Assembly: GCA_021432655.1 (NCBI GenBank)
Contig: MU271245.1
Location: forward strand, 54,188-74,187
Direction of reading: 5' to 3'
DNA from: Atractiella rhizophila
Taxonomy: Eukaryota
Length of the DNA: 20,000 bases
Numbering within the stretch: the first letter of the stretch is position 1; every line of letters starts with the position of its first letter. The translations under genes were made by a program, and so were the position numbers. The notes under the pieces were generated by a model. The model was not told where the DNA came from. It saw only the letters and a program-made list of their open reading frames with translations, and made no database searches. Below are positions 1-10,992 of the stretch, piece after piece.

Positions 1-855
1 AAGTTGCTCTGCATAATCCACAAGTACTAATAGTCTAACAGACCTGAGATAAATAAGTCGAGGTGTAGGTAAACTCTGTGAAGATTAGCACATAGACGTT
101 GGCAGGTCCACATTGGCTGGTCTATGCCATGTCCCTGGGGATACCTTTCGAATTCAAGGTACTATTTCCCAGTCCTTGGACCTCTTTGGGCTTCCAAGCT
201 ACAGTGCCTCAGTTTCTCTCTCAACGTCAGACTCTGTCTCTGGGGCCATTCTTGGCCCTCATGTTCGCAGGCCCACTGAAATCTGCCGTTATTGGAGGAG
301 AGGAGATGGCATTACAGCTCAGGCTGAACCAACGCAATCGACCAATCCGTCTGAAGGATCGTGTTGGCAACGGAATTACCCTAAACACCTCTTCTGTCCC
401 TCCACTCCTCATCTTCCTCTCTTGGTGAGTCGCACCAATGCTTAAACGTCTCTCTCTAAGAATGACGCTGCCCGCAAGATCACCTGAATCTATTTCTTAT
501 ATCTTATGTTGGTTTATTCCTGCCACATTTACACTGAACATTCTGAGTCACCCTAGTACTGTAGGACCAAGTACTAACTCTACGACCTTTAAAGAATACG
601 TGCAACGTCAAGGCCCAATGCTCAACCGGTTCAACAGCACAAAGTGAAAAGTGAGAAGTGTAGAAGTGTAACTGAGTGAAGGTCCACTATTCTGGGATTT
701 CGGGCAACCCCGCCTTCCGGTTTTGCCTGCTACCGGGACCTCCGGTCCATGAAGTTGGGATATAACCTCGACAACACTTTTCAGCCTGCCTCAGAGTTCC
801 AGAGAGCTTCAAAACCAGCTTCAGAAACAAAGGAGGGGAAGCCCCAGAGAATACC

Positions 856-2509
856 ATGCAAAACGCTGTCTCCGGAAATGCAATTGGGGAGGTTCGGTGA
901 GTTCACCTACTTTTGAGTAACACGGGTCGCTTTCTTCCCTTTTGTTCAGTGGAGAGGAGCGTTATTGATTCGTATTGTGTTTTCTTCCTCTAGGCATCCT
1001 ATCAATGCAGAAAGGCTGGAGAAATATCTCGCAGAAAGTGTGCCTTCCATCAAACTACCACTTGTAATCAAGCAGTTCGGTTTTGGTCAAAGGTGCGTTT
1101 CTCACCAAGCATCATTCAGGCGTTAACATGGCCGTTGGCCCTAGCAATCCAACCTACTTCCTTACAGCCGCTGAGTCCGTTGCTGTTGCGCCGTAGACAA
1201 GTCGCGTGATCGTGCTCATAGTGGACAGCGCTACGTTCTTCGCAAGAAGCCTCCTGGAAAGCTCGTTTCAAAAACCGCTCATGCGGTTGATCGGGAGTAT
1301 CGAGTTTTGAAAGCCCTGTCAGAAAATAGTGACGCGCCCGTGCCAGCTGTGTATTGTCTGTAAGTGCTCAAGCTGTAGTCCAAAGCCGGTTATAATGTCA
1401 TTCACAGCTGCACCGATGATTCTGTTCTTGGGACACCGTTCTATATCATGAAATTTATTGAGGGGCGAATCTTCACAGACATTCGCCTACCAGAAGTAAA
1501 GAGCTACGAGGAGCGGCGAGCATGGTTCGTCAGAAAACGCATCTTGTTATTGAGGGATTGAGATTGATACAGTTGGCGGTCGGCGGTTCAAACTCTCGCT
1601 CTCCTCCACAAGCAGAGCGTCGAGAAGCTTGGACTTCAGAACTTTGGATCATCAAAACCTTTCTACCCTCGGCAAATCAAGTCTCTGGGCAACGTTTCCA
1701 GAGCGCAGGCTGCAGTTGTGTACCAAAAGGGGAAGCATAAGGGTGAGAAGGTGGACGACATTCCTGACATGGAATGGCTGTTGAATTGGTACGAGCGGTG
1801 TATGCCTACGGATCCCAACACCGTCATTCACGGTGATTACAAAATTGATAATCTTGTAAGCAACAGTCGCAGTCTCGACTCCCAACGCTGACACGGGCCT
1901 TGGCCTAGATTTTTCATCCTACAGAGCCACGCGTCATTGGAATCCTTGACTGGGAGCTCAGCACATTGGTTCAGCGATTCCCTTTCCTTCGAGATGTGGC
2001 ACTGATCTTACCTGAAGGGGCATCCATTATCCGATTTGGCAAACCTTCTTATGCCGTACAACGTAGAATACGATCCTACGGACCAGGCCACGGGTCTCCA
2101 AATCGGTTTACTGCAAGACATAGTCCCCTATCGCTTTTTTTCTCCGTCTGAACTGTCTTGCAGTGATTGTCCACCGGAGAAATTGACTGTTCCGCCTTTC
2201 GACGAACTCATGGATCTCTACCAAAAAGAGGTTGGACGTGTCTACCCGAAAGAGTCTTGGGCTGCAGCCGTCTCTTTCTCCTTTTTCCGTGTAAGCTTCC
2301 CTCTCTCAACTGCTGATCCCGAACTGATGTGACGGGTTGTGAAGCTTGCTGTCATTGGACAGGGCATATCAGCAAGGGTGGCCATGGGACAAGCTTCCTC
2401 GGCCGCTGCTGAGAGCTACGATAAAGATTTCTTCTGTGGCAGTGGACGACAGGCTAAAGCCGCGATCGAGCGGTATGAAAAGTCAGTTGGCGCGAGAGCT
2501 AAGCTGTAG
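856..2509 (+). CDS. Stand-alone aminoglycoside-phosphotransferase (APH)-fold kinase, ACAD10/ACAD11 N-terminal-like, about 10 exons, C-terminal PTS1
   Basis: Spliced translation [26 protein letters not shown]...QFGFGQSNPTYFL...[26 protein letters not shown]...GTPFYIM...[41 protein letters not shown]...[20 protein letters not shown]...GARAKL*. The [15 protein letters not shown] and DWE motifs match the family. Introns include 897-993, 1969-2017 and 2291-2344. Confidence 0.92.
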
Positions 2510-2666
2510 CTACTGTCCCTGTATTGTATCCGTTGGAAACCTCTGTTATCAGTTGAAGCTGCTGGAGGAAGGCACAGATTCGTGGAGCGGTTAACACTGG
2601 ACACCATCCCTTCCTTTTTACAAGCTGAATTCAATTCTCACTCATATTCATATCAATCGATCGATT

Positions 2667-4691
2667 CTACAAATCAGACTTTCGTTTCTCGTCCAGGTCG
2701 TCAATATTCTCATCTTCGGACCTCTTCTTTTCTTCCCCGTCCTCCAACCTGAACGGGTCTTCCTTTAAGACGTGATCCTTTCTCAGGCCAGTCCTGGGGT
2801 CGATATTCCTCCTCCTGTACTTGTCGACGCTCATGCCGACACCATAGAAGAACGTGAGAACAAATCCGGTAAAGGCGACCCAATACGACTTTTGAGTGTA
2901 GGTCGCATCAGCAAGTACACCCTGCATGCACAATTCTCAGATTTTGGTTCTTCCGCGTTAAAGATTCTCCAAACCTGTAATGGAGCAAAGAGTGCTCCTC
3001 CACCAACGCCAGCAACGACGAAAGACCCTCCCACTTTGGTAAGTCTCCCAAGACGCGAGATAGCGAGAGCATAAACTATGAATCTGATTAGAAACATAAC
3101 AAGACATTCGGGGGACTCACTTGTCGTCCAACAGATCGATTCAAAGTAGAACAGCCTTGTGCAAAGATTTCTTGAGCTGGCGCCAGGAGAGATCACAAAA
3201 ACTTACAAAAAGGTGCAAGCAACTATTCCATTACCAGTTGCCTGAGTTACTCCAATCGTGAAGCAACAGCAAGCCTATTGAAGCCTTAGCACTGCCTTAT
3301 ATCCAACCAACCTCAGGAGACTCACCAGAGCGTAGGCAGTTAGAGCATGGGCGGGATCGACGTAATACAGCAATCCCGTGCCCATAAACCTTCCAAGAGC
3401 GAAAACCATTTGACAGTAAGAGTAATAGAGGGAGGCCTTGTCTGGCGCATAGGCGATACTAGGGGTATCTGCGAACAAGTTGACGGCGAAGGAAGCGACC
3501 GCCACCTGAGAGCCGACGTAGCTGAACTGAGCGAGTGCGCCGAAGATCGTGTGCTTTTGTTTATGTATCGGTTTGACGTCCTCTTTTCGGAGAGTTAGAA
3601 GGAGAGGTCAGAAGAGTGAACGCGCAAAGCTTGCCTTGGTTGGCGAGAGTATCCAGCAGGTTACGTTCGTCAATTTCGGGAAGCTGATACATTTCCGTCA
3701 GATTGAAACGAAACGGATGTTTAAACGGGAAACACACAGTTGCGAAGTAAAAGAGCACAAGCAGCAGGATTCCAAAGCATCCCACACCTAAGTAGACCCA
3801 TTGGACGTTACCCAGATCTGTGCTATTCTTTCCTTTATAGATTTCTCGCGAAGCAATGAGAGGACCAGCTAGAATCTCAAGTCAACGAGAACTCAAGTGG
3901 GAGCTGAAAGAGGACCAAAGGCTCCAATACCNNNNNNNNNNNNNNNNNNNNNNNNNNNNNNNNNNNNNNNNNNNNNNNNNNNNNNNNNNNNNNNNNNNNN
4001 NNNNNNNNNNNNNNNNNNNNNNNNNNNNNNNNNNNNNNNNNNNNNNNNNNNNNNNNNNNNNNNNNNNNNNNNNNNNNNNNNNNNNNNNNNNNNNNNNNNN
4101 NNNNNNNNNNNNNNNNNNNNNNNNNNNNNNNNNNNNNNNNNNNNNNNNNNNNNNNNNNNNNNNNNNNNNNNNNNNNNNNNNNNNNNNNNNNNNNNNNNNN
4201 NNNNNNNNNNNNNNNNNNNNNNNNNNNNNNNNNNNNNNNNNNNNNNNNNNNNNNNNNNNNNNNNNNNNNNNNNNNNNNNNNNNNNNNNNNNNNNNATCAC
4301 TCACCGGCCCATGGTGCCCAAAGGAAGTACGCCCCAAAATATGCCACTTGCATAAAAGTGGATTGTGTTTTGGATATTCCAAAAACCGATTGGAAGTGCT
4401 GTTTCGAGATTTATGAGAAGGAGATCTAAAAAAAAATGGGACAAGAGAATCGGTCATACCTTGTTCAGAGAGTCAAGCAAACCATATGCAAATCCCCAAG
4501 CAAAGAAGAGGGATGACATTAAGCCATATCTGAATTACTCCCTCCTTACACATCTATTGGAAAGATAGAAGACAGGCAACTCACGCATATATGAACTGAA
4601 ACCTCGTCAGATCTTGTGGCCGTACCTCCTTCTTCTCCACCACCTCAACACCCTTTGGGCTCACTTGCTGCTTCAGGTTATGAAACGGCAT
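2667..4691 (-). CDS. MFS transporter, fucose:H+ symporter (FucP/FHS) family; interrupted by the assembly gap
   Basis: Spliced segments MPFHNLKQ...YGLMSSLFFAWGFAYGLLDSLNKHFQSVFGISKTQSTFMQVAYFGAYFLWAPWA [gap] GIGAFAGPLIAS...NVQWVYLGVG...HTIFGALAQFSYVGSQVAVASFAVN...GRFMGT...FESICWTTIYALAISRLGRLTKVGGSFVVAGVGGGALFAPLQGVLAD. These carry recognisable fungal FucP-type motifs. The substrate is not established. Confidence 0.9.
3932..4295. other. Assembly gap (364 N) inside the MFS gene
   Basis: Run of N. Its size is roughly compatible with the missing part of the N-terminal MFS half plus short introns. Confidence 0.99.
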
Positions 4692-6206
4692 ATCTCGTCG
4701 ACAATATCTCTCTTCCAAGCAAGTTCACAGTAAGTCGTTAACGTCGCAGTTTCTTGTCGTGCTTCGTCGAACTGGCGGAATCGGAATGGAGGCGTGGGGC
4801 TCGCGGGAAGGGAAAAGGGAGGGTAGGGAACGTGGCTTTTGTAGTCGCTGATCCGGCTCAGCTTTTTTCTTCTCCCCATGTCTCAAGCATCTTCCCCACA
4901 CCTCGACAATATAGATGCAAAGCTGTCAATCCACCGAAATACCACCGTGCTTCATCGTGTGAGGTGCGGCTAAACAACGCTAGGCGGATTGCGCGGGCCG
5001 TAGCACTAATTATGACAGATATCTGACCAGGGATATGTCATGGAAGCGTGGGATTCTCCCATGGTCGATGGGGAGAAGGTTTGGTGATAAATTAGAATAT
5101 TAAAGAGGAGTGGGTAGGAGAGCGAGCGAGTTTCGAGGAGAGAGAATCCGTGGACCAAAGTGGACGAATGCATTGTCGCCGACTTTCCCCTATGTGAAAT
5201 CCGCGAGATGGAAAGAGAGCAAGCTGACTTGGCTGAGGATTTGCATTCAGCTGTCTCTATGCACGTCTCTTTCTGCCTTGACAGCTTGCGGGACGGCTTC
5301 CATCCCAAGTAGATAGAACAAGGAAAGGCGGAGTGTCCGATTTCGTTCGCTTCGTTCCACACCGTCTGAGACGGGGACAGTGTTAAAGTTGAGCAAGGAG
5401 GGCACAGTAACAATTTGACAGCAACCCCATAACTCAGGTGTCCCACATCCGAAGAAGGGATTCGAAGGCAACAGGTGCATCTGTCATCCCGGCGGGCACT
5501 GACGAGAACAAATCAGGGAACAGCTTTCGGTCGAGGCATGAAATGAAAACATTCCAGACCACGGCACAATTGACAGCTGAAGCGCTCATCGCTAGAAGGC
5601 ATAGTTTCAAGAGGTGTTCGTAACACCAGTAAAAGGTCAGGTTATACGAGGGGACGGGAAATCACACTCGTCATATTCTCACAAGCTTCTTCACATTGAG
5701 CGAGGGACGAGTCTGAGATGGAGTTTTCAATGAGCATAAGCTTGACCAATGCACTTAGTACGGACGCTCTGAAGAACGCTATGTTGGCTAGCATCTCTCG
5801 CTTGCTTGATGCTGCGATGATTGCCAACGAAGAATGTTATTCCTTCGCTCATTCGGTGACAGTCCCCTGGAGGCGGTCCTGCGTCCACCAGCACGTACTG
5901 AGGTAGTCATGGTCCACGGACATGTCAGGTCTACAATTCCCATCACCACACTGCAAGCAATAACAATACTGTCCTAAGTCCATTCATCTGGATTGACTGT
6001 AAAGTAAAGGCTTTCATGCCTGAATGAGATGGAAATCCGGTCATAGAAAATACTGTACAAAGCTTTCATGCTCCGAAAGGTGTCCTGAAGGTACGATAAA
6101 GCAAAAGTCAACATCCAATTAAGACAAACTTGACGTAGGAAAGGTGGTCAGTTCCTCTCCACAGTCCATAAAAGCAATAGAGCCCACTATACCTATCCCA
6201 CCTCAC

Positions 6207-6464
6207 TCACTCCTCCTTCCCACCTTTACTCTTCAACCAACCCTCCTCCCCGCTCCTCCACACACCCCAGCTGGGTACAATAATGATCGCATCCACGAGC
6301 ACTCCCCCGAAGAAAATCTGAAATACTAGGGGGACGGATTGGAAGGCGAATCCGATGATGAAGGCGAGAATGGTGGAGACGATGAGGATTTGTTGGTTTA
6401 TACGTGTCAGACGGCGCTGCGAGACGTGCGTTGGTGGATCGTTGAGTGATAGGAGGGACTCCAT
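6207..6464 (-). CDS. SPC1: Signal peptidase complex subunit 1 (SPC12/SPCS1 family), intronless, 85 aa
   Basis: Small protein with two hydrophobic segments (ILIVSTILAFIIGFAF; VFQIFFGGVLVDAIIIVPSW), the VPxW...WL ending and an N-terminal SQR at the position of the family's GQ motif. Confidence 0.8.
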   Translation of the reverse strand: MESLLSLNDPPTHVSQRRLTRINQQILIVSTILAFIIGFAFQSVPLVFQIFFGGVLVDAIIIVPSWGVWRSGEEGWLKSKGGKEE

Positions 6465-6756
6465 TGTTTATTTTCTCAGTTGTCCCGGTTGTGTAATGGA
6501 TGCGTGTGTGGGTGGAGGTGTTTGGACGAAGCTTTGTTGGGACGTGTTGGGAGTGCTGTTGCTTGACGTGTTTTGTGAGCAGTTAGACGAGCTTGATGGG
6601 CATAAAACTCACGAGATTTAATGAATAGTTAGACACAGCTATAAATCTTGACCCGCACAAAACTCAAGAGATTTAATGAAATAGTTAGATGCAGCTATAA
6701 AGCTCCCGCATAAAATGATGTGACCTGCCAAAGAATCCTCAAAGCCCAAAGCCAGT
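6465..6756. promoter_or_regulatory. Putative bidirectional promoter SPC1 / EMP65
   Basis: 292 bp between divergent start codons; contains GACGTG at 6541, TGACGTG at 6564 and two TATAAA copies within the repeat. Confidence 0.6.
6600..6715 (+). repeat. Imperfect tandem duplication, about 54-bp unit, 2+ copies
   Basis: 6600-6654 gcataaaactcacgagatttaatgaatagttagacacagctataaatcttgaccc versus 6655-6707 gcacaaaactcaagagatttaatgaaatagttagatgcagctataaagctccc; a third start gcataaaa lies at 6708. Confidence 0.9.
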
Positions 6757-9033
6757 ATGCCACTTCGTCGTTCATCTACTTCGCCCCGAATTCGGCCGCA
6801 GTGTTCCCGACGGCAGAACAGGTCGACTTCGTTGTCTCAAACGAGCAAGATTTTGGGACGCAGAACAGCAGAAATGGCATCCTCCAACCCAATCCTGCGC
6901 TCAGAATCTCTGCCCGCCTTTCCTCTCACGCCACGACCCTCACGCTCTCCCTCGCCCGTTCCCTCACGCCTCCAGCAACAACACGAATCACCTGATCCTG
7001 AATCTCCCACTTCGCTCGAAACATCACCTTTGGTGGACGAGAAGGAGTTGGAACTCAAAAAGGAGGACGATGACGGAGTGGGACTGGAGGGGGCAGATGA
7101 GGAGGTGGAGATGGTGGTCGTGGGAAAGGGAACGCTTTGGGATCATCTTATGGCGCAGGTTTGGGATGAGGAGCCACTAGAAGGCGGAAGTGGAAGGAGG
7201 GAAAGAGTGGATAACTTCTTGAAAGTGCCACTGATGGTTGAAAAGGTTCCTCCTTACTTTCCAATCGGAACTGTTGGCTGACTTGACCTGTCACAGATAA
7301 TTGCAGTAGGCTTCCTCATCTGCCTCGATGCCTTCCTGTACAACCTCACAATTCTGCCACTCCGCGTCCTTGGAGCGTTCTATACCCTCTTCACTAAAGG
7401 GCGTATGTCGTGCGTCACCTCTTCATCCGCTCTTCCCTCACTTTCCTCATCGCCTGTTGGGGAGTTAGAGCGAGCCAACTGACGCATGTCTCACATCTCC
7501 TCTTGCTCATCATCCCCTCCGCCTTACTCGTGCACTTCTCCTTCTCTGACCCTTCACGGATGTACCATTCGGTGCGAGGGCAAGAAACGATCAAATTATA
7601 CGTCATCTATAACTGCATGGAGGTATAGTTCAATATCCTCTGTATTTTCTCGTGATCATTGTGTTGAGGCAAAAAGTGGGTATAGATTGCAGACCGCCTC
7701 TTCTGTAGTTTCGGACTCGACCTCCTGGACTCCCTCGCCTCTTTCTTCCCTTCTTCTTCCTCCAAGGGAACGAAGGAAAGACAGCCCATCTTCCGTCCTA
7801 CCTTTTTCTTCCTCCTCTCACAAATCTACGTCTGTTCGTATTCCTCCGCTTCTGCTTCATCCGATCATCTAACGAGCGTTTATTCGTGTGGACAGTCACG
7901 CATACCCTCATCCTGCTCTACTTGTTGGTCTCACTCAATGTGTCGATCAACAGCTATTCGAACGCCTTGTTGACACTCTTGTTGTCGAATCAATTCGTAG
8001 AGATAAAAGGCGCGGTATTCAAGAAGTTCGAGACTGAGAACCTCTTCCAGCTGTCCTGTGCTGGTTCGTCCCTCTCCCATCTACTAAGAAGCCACGAAAT
8101 TTGACGATGCAATTTGTGGCTTGATGATGTGAAATAAAGATATAGTCGAACGCTTCCAACTATCCCTCATGTTGACCCTCATCTTCCTCCGAAACCTCGT
8201 CGAACTTCAAGGTTCCACCTTCTTCCTCCTCCCCACCTCCTTCCTCTCGTCATCCAAATCCAAATCCAGTCCGTCGAGCGAACACGGAACAAGCGTCATG
8301 TCCATCCTCAGCCCCGTGCTGATAGTGTTGGCCTCCGAACAGGTCGTGGATTGGTTAAAGCACGGTTTCATCACAAAGTTCAACCATTTGAGGCCTAGGG
8401 TATACGAGAGATTCCTCGACGTCGTTTGTGCGGATCTCGTAGGTCCGCCATCGAGACAACCTGTACGCATTCTTCTTCCCTCCTTGTCCCGTCCTTTCGC
8501 TGTTCTCTATCAAGTGAAGGGAGGTACTCATGTAAATGTGGATACAGAACGTATCAAGACGTCTAGGATTCGCTTCTATCCCATTAGCATGTCTAGCAAT
8601 CCGCGTGGCCGTGCAAACGCTCTCCATGACTACTTCTCCTTCCTCTCCTCCCACTACTGTATCGTACACCTCTCCCACCCTCTCGCCTTCCATCCAATTC
8701 CTCCACTCCCTCCGAACACCAACCTACCTCCTTCTCTCCTACCTCTTCTGTCTCCTCCTCAAACTTCTCCTCTCCACCCACCTTCGCTCATACGCTCTCT
8801 CGCGCACATACCCTAGTGCGGAGGTGGAGGATAGGAGGGAGGAGGAGAGGAGGAATGGGAGAGGGAGGGAGAGCGTGGGAACGGAGGAGGAGAAGAGGGA
8901 GGAGAAGAGGATGAGCGAGCGATTGAGGTTTAGGGAGGAGGAATTGAAGGTTAAGGAGGGTAGGACGGTCAAGTTGGGTATGGGGTTGGAGGGGTTGGAG
9001 AGATTCGATATGGTTAAGAGTCGGTTGCATTAG
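6757..9033 (+). CDS. EMP65: ER membrane protein EMP65/TAPT1 (DUF747), about 7 exons
   Basis: Spliced motifs ERVDNFLKVPLMVEKIIAVGFLICLDAFLYNLTILPLR, SRMYHSVRGQETIKLYVIYN, LNVSINSYSNALLTLLLSNQFVEIKGAVFKKF, ADIVERFQL, VDWLKHGFITKFN, VSRRLGFASIPLACL and LERFDMVKSRL. The start could instead be the later MASSNP ATG. Confidence 0.93.
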
Positions 9034-9125
9034 TTTGAGCTGGGCTCTTTGTATTCTACTTGAGGAACTATAACATGGATATATTATACTCTCTATACTC
9101 GCCCGTTATAATTCAAGAAATCATG

Positions 9126-10517
9126 TTATCGTCTGATGAACAGCAATGCGACAAGCAGAACAATAAGGCAGTTCCTCCATTGTATCCAGGCCACAGTCCT
9201 TCCCAAATTCTGCAACCTATCATCCATATCAGTCCCTCCACACTGTCCTAAAGATCAACGAGGACAGACCAGCTCAATGCCTTTCCACGCTCAACCAGCA
9301 TAGCATAAATGCCATGTTCTCCCTCCTCAATCTCCCTATCAGCCCGAAAGGCCACCACGCCATTCGGATCCACCACCATCTCCCTTCCCCTCCTCTGCTC
9401 CTCCGGCGCACTCGTGCTCCAGACCAATGCTCCAACCACATCCTCCAATTTCGCCTTCGGCATGTTAGCGACAAAGGTTCGAGCGGTGAGGTCGAGGATG
9501 GGGGTGTCGACGAAGAAGGGGGAGATGAGGGTGGAGGAGATGGAGGAGTGGTGGAGTTGGGGGAGGAGGGAGAGGAAGAGGCCGCGCACGGCGTGTTTCG
9601 TGCTGCCGTATAACGCGCCGTAGGGCACTTGCATGTGCGAACGATTAGCGATGGGAATTCAAAACATGAGGGAAATGCGATGGGGTGAAAAACGCACATC
9701 CGAAGTAGGACGCAACGCTCCCGAGGAGGATGAGCGATTTGGGACCGGGAGTGCGCGGGAGGTACGTGAGTGCGAGATGGGTCGCTTTCGTCCATTGTGC
9801 AGTAAGTTGATAAGCGGTAAAGTCAAGGGGGGAGGGGGAGGAGACGAACTGTATAGCACCCCTAGGTAGTTGATCCATAGTTGAGGGTATTTAGGCTCAG
9901 AAAGGGTACCGTCTTCCTTCCACATCGCCAGTCAGTACCTTTTTCTTCGCTCTTGGGGACAAGGGAAGTACCAGCAGAGGGAGAGAGAGCGTGGAAGTCC
10001 TTCCATGGCATGATGTCAGTACGCGTCTGTTTGAAAGTAGAGGGACATCATACCGTGACCTCGCCGACCCCTGCATTACTGTTTCTCAAATCCATCAGTC
10101 CATGAATTCTGGGCAGACGAATGGAGCAACACTTACGGAATGACCACATCTATCCTCCCCCATTCTTTGGTCCCCCTCTCAAAGAGTTGCACCTGCTCAT
10201 CCCACTTTGTCACATCGCACTTGACCGCAATCGCCTTCCTCCACACGCCAACACAACCCGTTCAACCTCCAACCTCTATCCAGCAGAGCACGAAGAGAAG
10301 AAGCATACCCTCCAGCGTTCTCAATGTCTTTCGCGACGCGAGAAACCCCCTCAAAATCTCGATCGGCAAGTACCATCCTCGCACCTTCCCTGGCTGCAAG
10401 GAGAGAGAACGCCTTGCCTATACCGGAAGCTGCACCGGTGATGAGTATCACTTTGGAGGAGAGGGTAGAGGAATGTGCGTGGAGCGCGTCTGAAGAGAGG
10501 GATTGGGGAGGAGCCAT
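9126..10517 (-). CDS. Classical short-chain dehydrogenase/reductase (15-PGDH-like fungal group), about 8 exons, with probable C-terminal membrane anchor
   Basis: TGAASGIG Rossmann motif, KCDVT, PNAGV, GSVAS and catalytic YGSTK. Two micro-exons of about 25-28 nt lie near 9970-10080. A final intron 9217-9269 adds WLQNLGRTVAWIQWRNCLIVLLVALLFIRR*; the unspliced stop would be at 9248. Confidence 0.9.
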
Positions 10518-10992
10518 GTTGCTTGTTCGATGAGAGGAAGGTAGGAGTATGGGTTATATTGGACACGGGGAGCGCGGGAAGAAGCAAGACTTCGAGAACA
10601 GAACTTGCATGTCACCTTCTGTGTTTCAGTAACAACCAGTGGCTCTCACTCAGCCTCCCAGCCTCCCAGTAATGCAACTCGCTGCATCATGTGAGGAAAC
10701 ATGGAAGCTTGACTTTGACTTGACTGGGACAGATACATAGTAGGTCGAAGAAGGATTGACCCAAAAGGACGGAGCGATGAGCAACCCGCGAGAACACAAA
10801 ATACCCAGAACGACATCTCTGTCTCTCTAGCGTCAGTACTTCACTCAACAGCGAGAGCACCAGTCGAGCATTCATTAATAACAGTAATAACAGGGAAAGG
10901 CAGGCTGAAAACTATTTATTGCTTCGGTGCCAGCCTTATCACTCCCTTTCAGTCGCTCCTTCCCATCGCTCCTTCTGTCAAGCGTTTACAAA

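Noticed and set aside
1..650. Overlapping 109/110-aa ORFs and a GTGAGT donor near 425
   Set aside because: No recognisable motif in any frame; the ORFs start at non-ATG codons and the minus frames contain several stops. Cannot be called as a gene or transposon remnant.
2655..2666. 12-bp palindrome AATCGATCGATT next to the MFS stop codon
   Set aside because: A palindrome of this length is expected by chance in 20 kb.
3856..4457. Four long ORFs in the track
   Set aside because: Artefacts of translating through the N gap.
6600..6715. CRISPR-like array
   Set aside because: Only two adjacent units, no spacers and no cas genes.
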